Source of the DNA: Eubacteriales bacterium
GTDB taxonomy: Bacteria; Bacillota; Clostridia; Oscillospirales; CAG-382
Assembly (NCBI GenBank): GCA_045538555.1
Contig: JAZSRP010000049.1
Coordinates: 129,476 to 193,475, forward strand
Reading direction: 5' to 3'
DNA: 64,000 nt
How positions within the stretch are numbered: the stretch's first letter is position 1; each line of letters starts with the position of its first letter. A program made the translations under genes and the position numbers. The notes below the pieces were generated by a model. The model saw only the letters and a list, made by a program, of their open reading frames with translations, made no database searches and was not told the DNA's origin. Positions 1-9,742 of this stretch are shown piece by piece.

Positions 1-1
1 A

Positions 2-277
2 TTCTATGAGAATATTCCGCGTTCTATCCCCAAGGGATTGAGCGCAAAGATCAGCCGTGGCTCCATCCGTGTGCTCCCGATCTTTGAAAGGATCGCAAGA
101 GAAGGCGGAATTGATGAGAGGGATATGTTCAACACATTCAACATGGGTGTTGGTATGAGTGTTATTGTTCCTGCAGAATATGCAGACCGTGCACTTGATG
201 TTCTCAAGGCCAACGGTGAGGATGCATACTTTATCGGTGAGATTGTCAAGTCCGACGAGGGTGTTATTATATGCTAA
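2..277 (+). CDS. purM: Phosphoribosylformylglycinamidine cyclo-ligase (AIR synthetase), C-terminal fragment; gene begins upstream of window
   Basis: The frame is open from the window edge. NTFNMGVGMSVIVP...DAYFIGEIV is typical of the PurM C-terminal domain. It overlaps the purN start by 7 nt and sits in a pur operon. Confidence 0.85.
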   Translation, partial: FYENIPRSIPKGLSAKISRGSIRVLPIFERIAREGGIDERDMFNTFNMGVGMSVIVPAEYADRALDVLKANGEDAYFIGEIVKSDEGVIIC

Positions 278-882
278 AAGCACGGATAGCAGTACTTGTG
301 TCGGGCGGAGGCACAAACCTTCAGGCACTTATCGACGCGCAGAACAGCGGGATCATCAAAAACGGAGAAATCGTGGCTGTCATATCCTCAAAACCGGATG
401 TGTACGCCCTGACCCGTGCGGAAAAGGCGGGTATACCGTCATATGTAGTTTCCAAAAAAGGGAGCACGCAACCGGAGTTTGAAAAAGGAATTGTTAAAAT
501 TTTGGACTCCACCGGGGCAGAGCTGATCATACTGGCAGGATTTATGTCCATTTTGTCAGCCGAATTTACAAAAAAATATGAGAAGCGGATCATCAACGTG
601 CATCCGTCCCTTATACCGTCTTTTTGCGGAGAGGGATATTATGGGCTTCGTGTACATGAGGCGGCGCTGAAATACGGTGTCAAGGTTACGGGAGCCACCG
701 TTCATTACGTGAACGAAATTCCCGACGGCGGAGAGATAATTCTCCAAAAATCAGTATATATTGCCCGAGGCGAAACTGCAGAATCACTGCAAAAAAAGGT
801 GATGCGTGAGGCGGAGTGGAAGATACTGCCCCGTGCCGCCGAGACTGTTTCAAAAAGAATCATCAAGGAGAGAAAGAAATGA
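271..882 (+). CDS. purN: Phosphoribosylglycinamide formyltransferase
   Basis: IAVLVSGGGTNLQALID N-terminus and INVHPSLIP...GATVHYV motifs of GART; pur operon context. Confidence 0.9.
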   Translation: MLKARIAVLVSGGGTNLQALIDAQNSGIIKNGEIVAVISSKPDVYALTRAEKAGIPSYVVSKKGSTQPEFEKGIVKILDSTGAELIILAGFMSILSAEFTKKYEKRIINVHPSLIPSFCGEGYYGLRVHEAALKYGVKVTGATVHYVNEIPDGGEIILQKSVYIARGETAESLQKKVMREAEWKILPRAAETVSKRIIKERKK

Positions 883-1604
883 ACGTATACGAAAACGGAA
901 ATATTCTCGATATTCTCAAAAACAATACTTATCCCGGCAGAGGCATTATTATCGGAACAAGTGCCGACGGACAGTATGCCGTTACCGCATATTTTATTAT
1001 GGGCAGGAGCGAGAACAGCCGCAACCGGGTTTTTGTTCCTGAGGAGAATGCAGTGACCATCTATCCTTTTGATGAGTCAAAGGTGACGGATCCTTCGCTC
1101 ATAATTTACTCTCCTCTGCGCAGGTATGAAAACAAGCTGATCATCACCAACGGTGATCAGACAGATACCGTATACGATGGACTCAAGGAGGGCAAGACCT
1201 TTGCTCATTCGCTGAAAAGCCGTGAGTTTGAGCCGGACGCACCCAACTTTACGCCCAGAATCTCAGGTATGCTCACCTTTGACAATGGCGGGTTTGAGTA
1301 TGAGATGAGCATTCTCAAGAGTGCCGATGAGCAGGGAAATGCCTGCAACAGATATCATTTTGAGTATTCTCCCATCGCAGGTGTGGGCCATTTTATTCAT
1401 ACCTACAACTGTGACGGAAACCCCATCCCTACGTTTACGGGCGAGCCTGAGAGAATCGCCATCGGCAACGATGACATCAATTCGTTTGCTGTGGCTTTGT
1501 GGGAAAATCTCAACCCAAACAACAAGGTTTCACTTCTTGTGAATTACACCAAGCTTGAAGACAACAGTGAAAAAACGGTTATTATCAACCGCCACGTAAA
1601 ATAA
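879..1604 (+). CDS. IMP cyclohydrolase, PurO-like (archaeal-type) family
   Basis: MNVYENGN...TYPGRGIIIG...YFIMGRSENSRNR resembles the PF07826-type IMP cyclohydrolase as I recall it. The ATG at 879 overlaps the purN stop (ATGA). The track ORF from 816 is over-extended. Confidence 0.78.
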   Translation: MNVYENGNILDILKNNTYPGRGIIIGTSADGQYAVTAYFIMGRSENSRNRVFVPEENAVTIYPFDESKVTDPSLIIYSPLRRYENKLIITNGDQTDTVYDGLKEGKTFAHSLKSREFEPDAPNFTPRISGMLTFDNGGFEYEMSILKSADEQGNACNRYHFEYSPIAGVGHFIHTYNCDGNPIPTFTGEPERIAIGNDDINSFAVALWENLNPNNKVSLLVNYTKLEDNSEKTVIINRHVK

Positions 1605-1622
1605 GATCGGAGGTATTCAAAC

Positions 1623-2807
1623 ATGAAAGATTTTACACTCAAATACGGATGTAATCCCAACCAGACTCCCGCAAAGATATATATGAGAGACGGATCCGAT
1701 CTTCCGATTGAGATTTTGGGCGGCAGGCCCGGCTACATCAACTTTCTTGACGCTTTCAACTCCTGGCAGTTGGTTAAAGAGATAAAAGAAGCAACCGGCA
1801 TGGATGCCGCAACCTCTTTCAAGCATGTCAGCCCTACCTCCGCCGCTGTTGGAAAAATACTGAGCCCCGATCTCAAAAAAGCAACGTTTGTTGACGACAT
1901 TCCCGGACTTGACGAGTCACCTATGGCATGTGCCTACGCAAGAGCAAGGGGTACAGACAGGATGAGCTCATTTGGCGACTGGATCGCACTTTCAGGAACT
2001 TGTGACGCTACCACAGCACTGCTTATCAAACGTGAGGTATCGGATGGTATCATCGCTCCGGACTTTACTGATGAGGCGCTGGAGATTCTCAAAACAAAGC
2101 GCAAGGGCAACTACAATATCGTAAAGATCGATCCTTCATACGTTCCTGAGCTCACAGAGACAAAGCAGGTGTTTGGTATCACCTTTGAGCAGGGAAGAAA
2201 CAACGTTGCGATCACCCGTGATATGCTCAACAATATCGTTACTGCCAATAAGAACCTGCCCGAGAGCGCTGTGACAGACCTTATCATCTCGCTTATCACT
2301 CTCAAATATACTCAGTCAAACTCTGTCTGCTTTGCTGTTGACGGACAGGCAATCGGTGTGGGTGCAGGACAGCAGTCCCGTATCCACTGCACCCGTCTTG
2401 CGGGCAACAAGGCGGATATCTGGCATCTGAGACAGAGCAAGCAGGTGTTGGAGCTTCCGTTCCTTGAAACAGTGGGCAGACCTGACCGTGACAACGCCAT
2501 TGATATTTATATTTCCGATCAGTGGGAAGAGCTTTTGGCAGACGGCGAGTGGCAGAAATGGTTTTCCCGCAGACCCGATCCGTTTACAAAACAGGAGCAG
2601 AAGAAATATTTGTCCGGCATCAAGGGCGTATCCCTTGGTTCGGACGCATTCTTCCCATTTGGAGACAATATCGAGCGTGCGGCATTGAGCGGAGTTTCAT
2701 ACGTAGCGCAGCCCGGCGGCTCCGTGAGAGACGACAACGTTATCTCTGCTTGCGATAAGCATGATATGGTGATGTGCTTCACCGGCACAAGATTGTTCCA
2801 CCATTGA
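1623..2807 (+). CDS. purH: AICAR formyltransferase (PurH-like, AICARFT domain only, no MGS/IMPCH domain)
   Basis: 394 aa. YGCNPNQ, SFKHVSP, GVGAGQQSRIHCTRLA and VAQPGGSVRDD are motifs of the PurH transformylase half. RBS GGAGG lies upstream. Confidence 0.85.
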   Translation: MKDFTLKYGCNPNQTPAKIYMRDGSDLPIEILGGRPGYINFLDAFNSWQLVKEIKEATGMDAATSFKHVSPTSAAVGKILSPDLKKATFVDDIPGLDESPMACAYARARGTDRMSSFGDWIALSGTCDATTALLIKREVSDGIIAPDFTDEALEILKTKRKGNYNIVKIDPSYVPELTETKQVFGITFEQGRNNVAITRDMLNNIVTANKNLPESAVTDLIISLITLKYTQSNSVCFAVDGQAIGVGAGQQSRIHCTRLAGNKADIWHLRQSKQVLELPFLETVGRPDRDNAIDIYISDQWEELLADGEWQKWFSRRPDPFTKQEQKKYLSGIKGVSLGSDAFFPFGDNIERAALSGVSYVAQPGGSVRDDNVISACDKHDMVMCFTGTRLFHH

Positions 2808-2859
2808 TGTAGATTTTGAGATTGTTCAAAAAATATAAAGAATTTTTGGGTGCATGATT

Positions 2860-4128
2860 ATGAAAATACTCGTTGTGGGCGGCGGAGGCCGCGAGCATAC
2901 GATCATAAAAAAACTTCGTGAAAGCAAAAAAGTATCCCGGATATATGCGCTTCCCGGAAACGGAGGAATGGCAAAAGACGCCACACTTGTTCCAATTGGC
3001 GCAAAGGATATTGACGGTATCTGTGATTTTGCTGTAAAACATTCCGTTGACTTTTGTGTAGTGGCTCCCGATGACCCTCTGGTGTTGGGCTGTGTAGACG
3101 CCCTCAACAAAAAAGGGATTCCCTGCTTTGGCCCCACAAAAGATGCTGCAATCATTGAGGGAAGCAAGGTTTTTTCCAAAAATCTAATGGAAAAATACGG
3201 TATTCCCACTGCAAAATGCAGGGTGTTTACTGACAGAGATTCTGCGGTGGAGTATCTGAAATCATCCTCGTTTCCCGCCGTGATCAAAGCAGACGGACTG
3301 GCGTTGGGAAAAGGTGTGATCATTGCTGCCGACCTGCAGTCTGCCGTTGACGCGGTTGATTCAATGATGTGTGACCGAGTGTTTGGCGAGAGTGGATCCC
3401 GTGTGGTGATCGAGGAGTTTTTGGAGGGCCCCGAGGTGTCTGTTCTTGCTTTTACAGACGGAAAAACACTCGTACCCATGGTGTCCTCAATGGATCACAA
3501 GCGTGCCCTTGACGGCGACAAGGGACTCAACACCGGCGGAATGGGCACCGTTGCACCCAATCCATATTATACAGACGCTGTGGCAGCGGAGTGTATGAAT
3601 ACGATTTTTCTCCCCACCATGGAAGCAATGAACGCAGAGGGCAGAACGTTCAAGGGCTGCCTGTACTTTGGGCTGATGCTCACCAAGAACGGCCCAAAGG
3701 TTATTGAGTACAACTGCCGTTTTGGCGATCCCGAGACTCAGGTGGTGCTCCCGCTGCTGGAGTCAGACCTGCTGGAGATCATGCTGGCCGTCTCTGAGGT
3801 GCGCCTCAGTGAGGTTGAAGTAAAGTTTTCTGACAAAAGTGCGGCGTGCGTTATCATGGCATCCGAAGGATATCCCGGAAGCTATGAAAAAGGACACGAG
3901 ATTACCATCCCAACGGAGCTGGAGCCCTACGTTTACGTTGCGGGAGCAAAGCTGGAGGGAGAAAAACTTGTCACATCAGGCGGCAGAGTGTTGGGGGTTA
4001 CCGCAACTGCAGACAGCTTGTCCGAAGCACTTGAAATTGCATATGAACGTGTAGACGGAATCAGCTTCAAAAATGCTTTTTACCGTAAGGATATCGGCAA
4101 GAGAGCGCTTGAAGCAAAGGAGGTATGA
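2860..4128 (+). CDS. purD: Phosphoribosylamine--glycine ligase
   Basis: MKILVVGGGGREH N-terminus and ATP-grasp motifs (GLALGKGV, EYNCRFGDPE). The start could also be the ATG at 2854. Confidence 0.9.
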   Translation: MKILVVGGGGREHTIIKKLRESKKVSRIYALPGNGGMAKDATLVPIGAKDIDGICDFAVKHSVDFCVVAPDDPLVLGCVDALNKKGIPCFGPTKDAAIIEGSKVFSKNLMEKYGIPTAKCRVFTDRDSAVEYLKSSSFPAVIKADGLALGKGVIIAADLQSAVDAVDSMMCDRVFGESGSRVVIEEFLEGPEVSVLAFTDGKTLVPMVSSMDHKRALDGDKGLNTGGMGTVAPNPYYTDAVAAECMNTIFLPTMEAMNAEGRTFKGCLYFGLMLTKNGPKVIEYNCRFGDPETQVVLPLLESDLLEIMLAVSEVRLSEVEVKFSDKSAACVIMASEGYPGSYEKGHEITIPTELEPYVYVAGAKLEGEKLVTSGGRVLGVTATADSLSEALEIAYERVDGISFKNAFYRKDIGKRALEAKEV

Positions 4129-4131
4129 CCA

Positions 4132-7100
4132 ATGGTTTACAGACTTTATGTAGAAAAGAAAAAAGGGCTTGACAGTGAGGCGCGATCCCTTTGCTCTGAC
4201 ATTGTGGCAACCCTTGGCATCAAGGGACTGGAGTATATCAGAGTTATCAACAGATACGATGTTGAGAACATCGACAAAGAGGTGTATGAGTACGCCAAGA
4301 CAACCGTTTTTTCGGAACCCCAGCTTGACACTGTCAGCAATGAGCTGGAAATAAAAAACAGCGAGCGTGTGTTTGCTGTTGAGTACCTCCCCGGTCAGTA
4401 CGACCAGCGCGCCGATTCCGCCGCACAGTGTATTCAGCTCATCTCACAGACCGATAGGCCGGATGTACGTACCGCAAGAGTGTATGCCCTGGGCGGAGAT
4501 ATCAGTGATGAGGATTTTGAGCGTATCAGAAAGTATATCATCAACCCCGTTGAGTCCCGTGACGCTTCTTTTGAGCTTCCGCAGACTCTCAAAAACGCTT
4601 ATGATATTCCCGAGTCTGTTCCTTCTGTAAAAGGGTTTATTTCCTTTGACGATGCGGCGCTTGCCGATATGCTGGTGAGATACGGACTGGCAATGGATAT
4701 CGATGATATTCGCTTCTGCCGTGATTATTTTGCATCCGAGAAGCGCGATCCTACATTGACAGAGATTCGTATGATAGATACCTATTGGTCGGATCACTGC
4801 CGTCATACCACTTTTCTCACAAATATTGACAACGTTTCGTTTGAAGATCCTCTTATTGAGGAAGCGTATAAAAAATATCTTTCTGTCAGAGAACAGCTTG
4901 GGGTCAAAAAGCCCATCTGCTTGATGGATATTGCCACGGTTGCAACAAAATACCTAAAAAAAACGGGTATGCTCACAAAGCTTGATGAGTCCGAAGAGAT
5001 CAATGCCTGCACCGTAAAGATCAAGGTAAACGTTGAGGGCAGGGAAGAGGACTGGCTCTTGCTTTTCAAAAACGAAACACACAACCATCCTACCGAGATA
5101 GAGCCATTTGGCGGTGCGGCAACCTGTATTGGCGGAGCTATCCGTGATCCACTTTCAGGCAGATCCTACGTATACGCCGCAATGCGTGTCACAGGTGCAT
5201 CTGATCCGTTGGTTCCTGTCAGCGAGACGCTAAAGGGCAAGCTTCCGCAGAAAAAGATTGTCACTACCGCTGCGGCAGGGTACAGTTCCTACGGCAACCA
5301 GATCGGTCTGGCAACAGGTCAGGTGGATGAGATATATCACCCCGGCTACAAAGCAAAACGCATGGAGATCGGCGCTGTAATTGCGGCCGCACCTATGGAA
5401 AACGTTCGCCGAGAGGTTCCTGCACCCGGTGACGTGGTGATCCTCCTGGGCGGAAGAACCGGCCGTGATGGCTGCGGCGGAGCTACCGGCTCCTCAAAAG
5501 CACACACCGAGGCATCCCTTGTTTCCTGCGGAGCAGAGGTCCAAAAGGGCAACGCTCCCGAGGAACGCAAACTGCAGAGACTGTTCCGCAACAAGACGGC
5601 TTCGCAGATGATAAAACGCTGCAACGATTTTGGTGCAGGCGGTGTATCTGTTGCAGTCGGTGAGCTTGCAGATGGATTGGAAATCATGCTGGACAAGGTT
5701 CCCAAAAAATATGAGGGTCTTGACGGCACTGAGCTTGCAATCAGCGAATCGCAGGAAAGAATGGCGGTTGTAGTGGCAGCAGAGGATTGCGATGCATTTG
5801 TTGCACTTGCCAACGGTGAAAACATTGAGGCAACTACCATAGCAACCGTGACTGAAGAAAAACGGCTTGTGATGCATTGGCGAGGAAACGTCATATGTGA
5901 CGTCTCTCGTGAGTTTTTGAATTCAAACGGTGCATCAAAGCATATCAATATTACCGCTGTAAAGCCCAACAGCTTTTGCAAGGAAATTCCTGTTGATTTT
6001 GCAAAAGGAATGGAAACACTGGCAGGCGATCTGAACGTATGCTCAAAGCGCGGACTTTCGGAGCGGTTTGACTCCACCATCGGTGCAGGCACTGTTTTGA
6101 TGCCCTTTGGCGGTTCAAAGCAGTTGACTCCCATTCAGGCAATGGTAAACAAGATTTCTGTTGAGAAACATGATACCGACACCGTTTCTGCAATGGCATT
6201 TGGATACAATCCATTTATTTCCGAAAAGAGTCCCTTCCACGGCGCATACCTTGCGGTAGTGGAATCGGTAGCAAAACTTGTTGCAACCGGCATGAAATTT
6301 GAGGATGTGTATCTCACCTTCCAGGAGTATTTTGAAAAACCCAAAAAAGACCCTGCACGCTGGGGCAAGCCCTTCTCCGCCCTTCTTGGCGCATTCCGCG
6401 CACAGCTTGACTACGGTATTGCGTCTATTGGCGGAAAGGACTCCATGAGCGGCAGCTTTGAAAATATCGACGTACCTCCCACGCTGGTGTCCTTTGCAGT
6501 CACGACCGGAAGCACCGATACGGTAATCAGCCCCGAGTTCAAAACTGCAGGAAATTTTGTATATCTTATTTCTCCCGAGTATGACGCAGAGGGACTTCCC
6601 GTTGCGGAATCGGTGAAAAAGATTTTTGACACTGTCAGCACCCTTGTTCGTGAAGGCAAAGCAGTTTCTGCATATACTCCCGGATACGGAGGTGTTGCAG
6701 AAGCGCTGATGAAGATGTGCTTTGGCAACGGATTTGGACTCAAGCTGGAGGAAACTCTTACAAACGAGGTTTTGTTTGGTTACCGTTATGGTGCATTTGT
6801 TGTAGAATCCACCTGTGAGCTGGACAACGCACTTCTTTTGGGCAAGGTTTGCTCCTGCGGCTGCATTGTAAAAGGTGGAGACAAGCTTTCTGTTTCTGAT
6901 CTGCAAAAGATCTGGGAGGACAAGCTGGAACCGGTATTTGCATGCAATATCAGGCAATCTGAGGAAAAGATCCCAACGGTTGTGTACGTAAACCCTCAGG
7001 CACCCCACGTGGCTGCAAGCAAATATGCAAAACCCCGCGTGTTGATCCCTGTTTTTCCGGGAACCAACTGCGAGTATGATAGCGCAAAAGCGCTTGCTCG

Positions 7101-7827
7101 TGCAGGTGCAGATCCTGAGATAATGGTTCTCCGCAACCTCACGCCGGCAATGGTGTCAGAGTCTGTCAATACATTTGCCACAAAGCTCTCTGAGTCACAG
7201 ATTGTGTTTATCCCCGGAGGATTCTCAGGCGGTGACGAGCCCGACGGATCGGGAAAATTCATCACGGCATTCTTCCGCAATGAGGCGATCAAGGAGCAGG
7301 TTGGTCGGCTTTTGGAGCAGCGCGACGGACTTATGTGCGGTATCTGCAACGGATTCCAAGCGTTGATAAAGCTGGGTCTTGTCCCCTACGGAAAGATCGT
7401 GGACACAAAGGAAACGGATCCCACCCTTACCTTCAATACCATCAGCCGCCACCAATCCAGACTTGTGCGGACAGCAGTTTGCTCCAACAAGTCTCCGTGG
7501 CTGTCAAAAACCAACGTAGGCGACGTTTATACGGTTCCTATCTCACACGGAGAGGGAAGATTTGTGGCAGATGAGGCAACCCTCCATATGCTGGCAGAAA
7601 ACGGTCAAATAGCGACACAGTACGTAGATGACAACGGTCTTCCTACTTCTGACGTGCGTTTCAACCCCAACGATTCTGTCTGGGCAATAGAGGGAATCAC
7701 CTCTCCCGATGGCAGAGTACTTGGCAAGATGGGTCACTCCGAGCGTATCGGCAACGGCCTGTACGTCAATGTGCCCGGTCAATACGACATGAAGCTCTTT
7801 GAGTCTGCAGTGGAGTATTACAAATAA
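4132..7827 (+). CDS. purL: Phosphoribosylformylglycinamidine synthase, single-chain large form
   Basis: 1231 aa. TYWSDHCRHTTF and NHPTEIEPFGGAATCIGG are FGAM synthase motifs. The C-terminal glutaminase has GICNGFQAL and HGEGRF. Confidence 0.92.
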   Translation: MVYRLYVEKKKGLDSEARSLCSDIVATLGIKGLEYIRVINRYDVENIDKEVYEYAKTTVFSEPQLDTVSNELEIKNSERVFAVEYLPGQYDQRADSAAQCIQLISQTDRPDVRTARVYALGGDISDEDFERIRKYIINPVESRDASFELPQTLKNAYDIPESVPSVKGFISFDDAALADMLVRYGLAMDIDDIRFCRDYFASEKRDPTLTEIRMIDTYWSDHCRHTTFLTNIDNVSFEDPLIEEAYKKYLSVREQLGVKKPICLMDIATVATKYLKKTGMLTKLDESEEINACTVKIKVNVEGREEDWLLLFKNETHNHPTEIEPFGGAATCIGGAIRDPLSGRSYVYAAMRVTGASDPLVPVSETLKGKLPQKKIVTTAAAGYSSYGNQIGLATGQVDEIYHPGYKAKRMEIGAVIAAAPMENVRREVPAPGDVVILLGGRTGRDGCGGATGSSKAHTEASLVSCGAEVQKGNAPEERKLQRLFRNKTASQMIKRCNDFGAGGVSVAVGELADGLEIMLDKVPKKYEGLDGTELAISESQERMAVVVAAEDCDAFVALANGENIEATTIATVTEEKRLVMHWRGNVICDVSREFLNSNGASKHINITAVKPNSFCKEIPVDFAKGMETLAGDLNVCSKRGLSERFDSTIGAGTVLMPFGGSKQLTPIQAMVNKISVEKHDTDTVSAMAFGYNPFISEKSPFHGAYLAVVESVAKLVATGMKFEDVYLTFQEYFEKPKKDPARWGKPFSALLGAFRAQLDYGIASIGGKDSMSGSFENIDVPPTLVSFAVTTGSTDTVISPEFKTAGNFVYLISPEYDAEGLPVAESVKKIFDTVSTLVREGKAVSAYTPGYGGVAEALMKMCFGNGFGLKLEETLTNEVLFGYRYGAFVVESTCELDNALLLGKVCSCGCIVKGGDKLSVSDLQKIWEDKLEPVFACNIRQSEEKIPTVVYVNPQAPHVAASKYAKPRVLIPVFPGTNCEYDSAKALARAGADPEIMVLRNLTPAMVSESVNTFATKLSESQIVFIPGGFSGGDEPDGSGKFITAFFRNEAIKEQVGRLLEQRDGLMCGICNGFQALIKLGLVPYGKIVDTKETDPTLTFNTISRHQSRLVRTAVCSNKSPWLSKTNVGDVYTVPISHGEGRFVADEATLHMLAENGQIATQYVDDNGLPTSDVRFNPNDSVWAIEGITSPDGRVLGKMGHSERIGNGLYVNVPGQYDMKLFESAVEYYK

Positions 7828-7840
7828 ATAAAAAAACGTA

Positions 7841-7880
7841 CGGCTCTGCCATTTATCGGGCAGAGCCGTGTGCCTTGTTT
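7841..7880 (+). terminator. Rho-independent terminator after purL
   Basis: 10-bp stem CGGCTCTGCC/GGCAGAGCCG (7841-7850 / 7859-7868) followed by a T-rich tract. Confidence 0.7.
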
Positions 7881-7938
7881 ATAAAAGAAAAGACAATGAA
7901 AAAAAAACGAAAAGCCGGGAAAAACTTTAACATTTTAC

Positions 7939-7967
7939 TTGACTAACGCAATAAAGTGTGATAATAT
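7939..7967 (+). promoter_or_regulatory. Sigma-A type promoter of the his operon
   Basis: TTGACT (7939-7944), 17-nt spacer, TAATAT (7962-7967) with TGn extended -10. The leader to the hisZ ATG is only ~25 nt. Confidence 0.55.
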
Positions 7968-7995
7968 GTATTGAACAAATACTCGGAGGATAGAA

Positions 7996-9117
7996 ATGGA
8001 CTCTGTGCGCAAGATATTGCCCAAGGATGAGCAGTGCGTTCTCGGTTTGCGGGAGCTGTACGAATCATACGGATATAAAAAATACAAGATGAGCAGGTTT
8101 GAGGAATACGACCTCTATCTTGAGAACAAAAATTTTTTGAAAAACACAGGTATTGCGACTGTAACTGACCCCAAGGGACGCCTGCTGGCACTCAAACCGG
8201 ATATTACGCTCTCTATTGTACGCAACATAAACGGTTCATCTCTGCCTCAAAAGGTGTATTATAACGAAAACGTATACACTGCCGACGGAGAGTCGGGGGA
8301 TATACGAGAAGTTACACAGGTGGGGCTTGAGTATATCGGTGAGCTTGATACCCGTGCGCTGGGCGAGGTATTGCTTCTTGCCGCCAAAGGGCTTGGTGCA
8401 ATTGATACAGAGTATTGTATTGCGTTGTCACATATGGGGTTTGTCTCCGAGGTGCTCTCCTCCACGGGACTTAATCCAAGAGCAAAGAGCAGGGTTCTTG
8501 ACTTGATCGGCTCAAAAAACCTGCATGGCATAAAAGAGCTTGCTGTCTCAAACTCTCTGTCGGAGTCAAATACAGCCAAGCTTTGTGCCCTCGTTACAAT
8601 TGACGGACGTATTGATCAGGCGCTTTTGCGTGCGTTTGAGATATTTGGGAAAGAAAATGTCTCTCTGTGCGAGCTTCAGACAATTTGCCGTCTTATTGAG
8701 AGCTTTGGGCTTTGTGACAGATTTATTCTTGATTTTTCTGTTATCAATGATATGAAATATTACAACGGTCTTGTGTTTCAAGGATTTGTCAGCCGTGTTC
8801 CCAGCAGTGTTATGTCCGGTGGCAGATATGACAAGCTTGTTCAGCTGTTTGGCAAGAATACGTCGGCAATTGGATTTGCAGTGGAGATGGATCACCTGTA
8901 TGAATATCATTACAGCGAGCAGGGGTACGACTGCGATGTACTGTTGAAATACACCGCTTCTGCTGATCCGGTGGTATTGCTCAAAGCGCAGGATGCACTT
9001 ACCTCACAGGGGCTTTCTGTGATTGCAGTGAGCGAGAACGAACAAAATGATTTCAGATACCGTCGTTTGGCGATATTGGACTCCTTTGGAGAAATAAAAT
9101 ATGAATCAGACAATTAA
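7996..9117 (+). CDS. hisZ: ATP phosphoribosyltransferase regulatory subunit (HisRS paralogue)
   Basis: 373 aa HisRS-like sequence without an anticodon-binding domain, directly upstream of and overlapping a short-form hisG. RBS GGAGG. Confidence 0.85.
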   Translation: MDSVRKILPKDEQCVLGLRELYESYGYKKYKMSRFEEYDLYLENKNFLKNTGIATVTDPKGRLLALKPDITLSIVRNINGSSLPQKVYYNENVYTADGESGDIREVTQVGLEYIGELDTRALGEVLLLAAKGLGAIDTEYCIALSHMGFVSEVLSSTGLNPRAKSRVLDLIGSKNLHGIKELAVSNSLSESNTAKLCALVTIDGRIDQALLRAFEIFGKENVSLCELQTICRLIESFGLCDRFILDFSVINDMKYYNGLVFQGFVSRVPSSVMSGGRYDKLVQLFGKNTSAIGFAVEMDHLYEYHYSEQGYDCDVLLKYTASADPVVLLKAQDALTSQGLSVIAVSENEQNDFRYRRLAILDSFGEIKYESDN

Positions 9118-9742
9118 CATTGCCCTTCCAAAAGGAAGATTGGGCGAGAAGGTATATTCAATATTTGAACAGCTTGGGTACGGTGTACCCGAAATGCGTG
9201 AGAACAACCGAAAACTTCTGTTTGGAGGCGAGGAATACGGGGTTTGCTATTTTTGGGCAAAGCCCTCTGACGTTTCCATCTATGTGGAGAGGGGAGCGGC
9301 TGATATCGGTGTGGTAGGCAAGGACATTTTGCTGGAGCACGAACCGGATGTGTATGAGCTGTTTGATCTCGGAATCGGAAAATGCCGTATGTGCGTTGCC
9401 GGCATCAAGGGTGCGAGAATACCCACTGACAGGATACTTCGTGTTGCCACAAAGTTTCCCAACATTGCACGTGGATATTATGCTTCTCAATCGAGAGATA
9501 TTGATATCATAAAGCTAAACGGTTCCATAGAGATCGCACCTCTTCTGGGACTGTCAGACGTGATCGTTGATATTGTTGAGACCGGCACAACGCTGAAGGA
9601 AAATAATCTTGAGCCGTTTGTGGATATCGTCAATATCAGTGCCCGTCTGATTGCCAACAAAGCAAGCTACAAATTCAAGACAGAGGGCATCAACAAGCTG
9701 CTTGCTCTGACCCAAAAGTTTGTAATGGAGAATAAAAAATGA
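9101..9742 (+). CDS. hisG: ATP phosphoribosyltransferase (short form)
   Basis: 213 aa; IALPKGRL, VDIVETGTTLKEN motifs. Confidence 0.9.
   Translation: MNQTINIALPKGRLGEKVYSIFEQLGYGVPEMRENNRKLLFGGEEYGVCYFWAKPSDVSIYVERGAADIGVVGKDILLEHEPDVYELFDLGIGKCRMCVAGIKGARIPTDRILRVATKFPNIARGYYASQSRDIDIIKLNGSIEIAPLLGLSDVIVDIVETGTTLKENNLEPFVDIVNISARLIANKASYKFKTEGINKLLALTQKFVMENKK

Noticed and set aside
5346-7008. Long minus-strand ORFs (262 and 297 aa) inside purL
   Set aside because: They are shadow frames of the 1231-aa FGAM synthase gene, and the translations are low-complexity.
7881-7995. Possible T-box or attenuator leader upstream of the his operon (also considered for metG)
   Set aside because: The his promoter at 7939-7967 leaves only a ~25-nt leader, too short for a T-box or leader peptide. 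metG starts 27 nt after the preceding gene's stop, leaving no room for a T-box.
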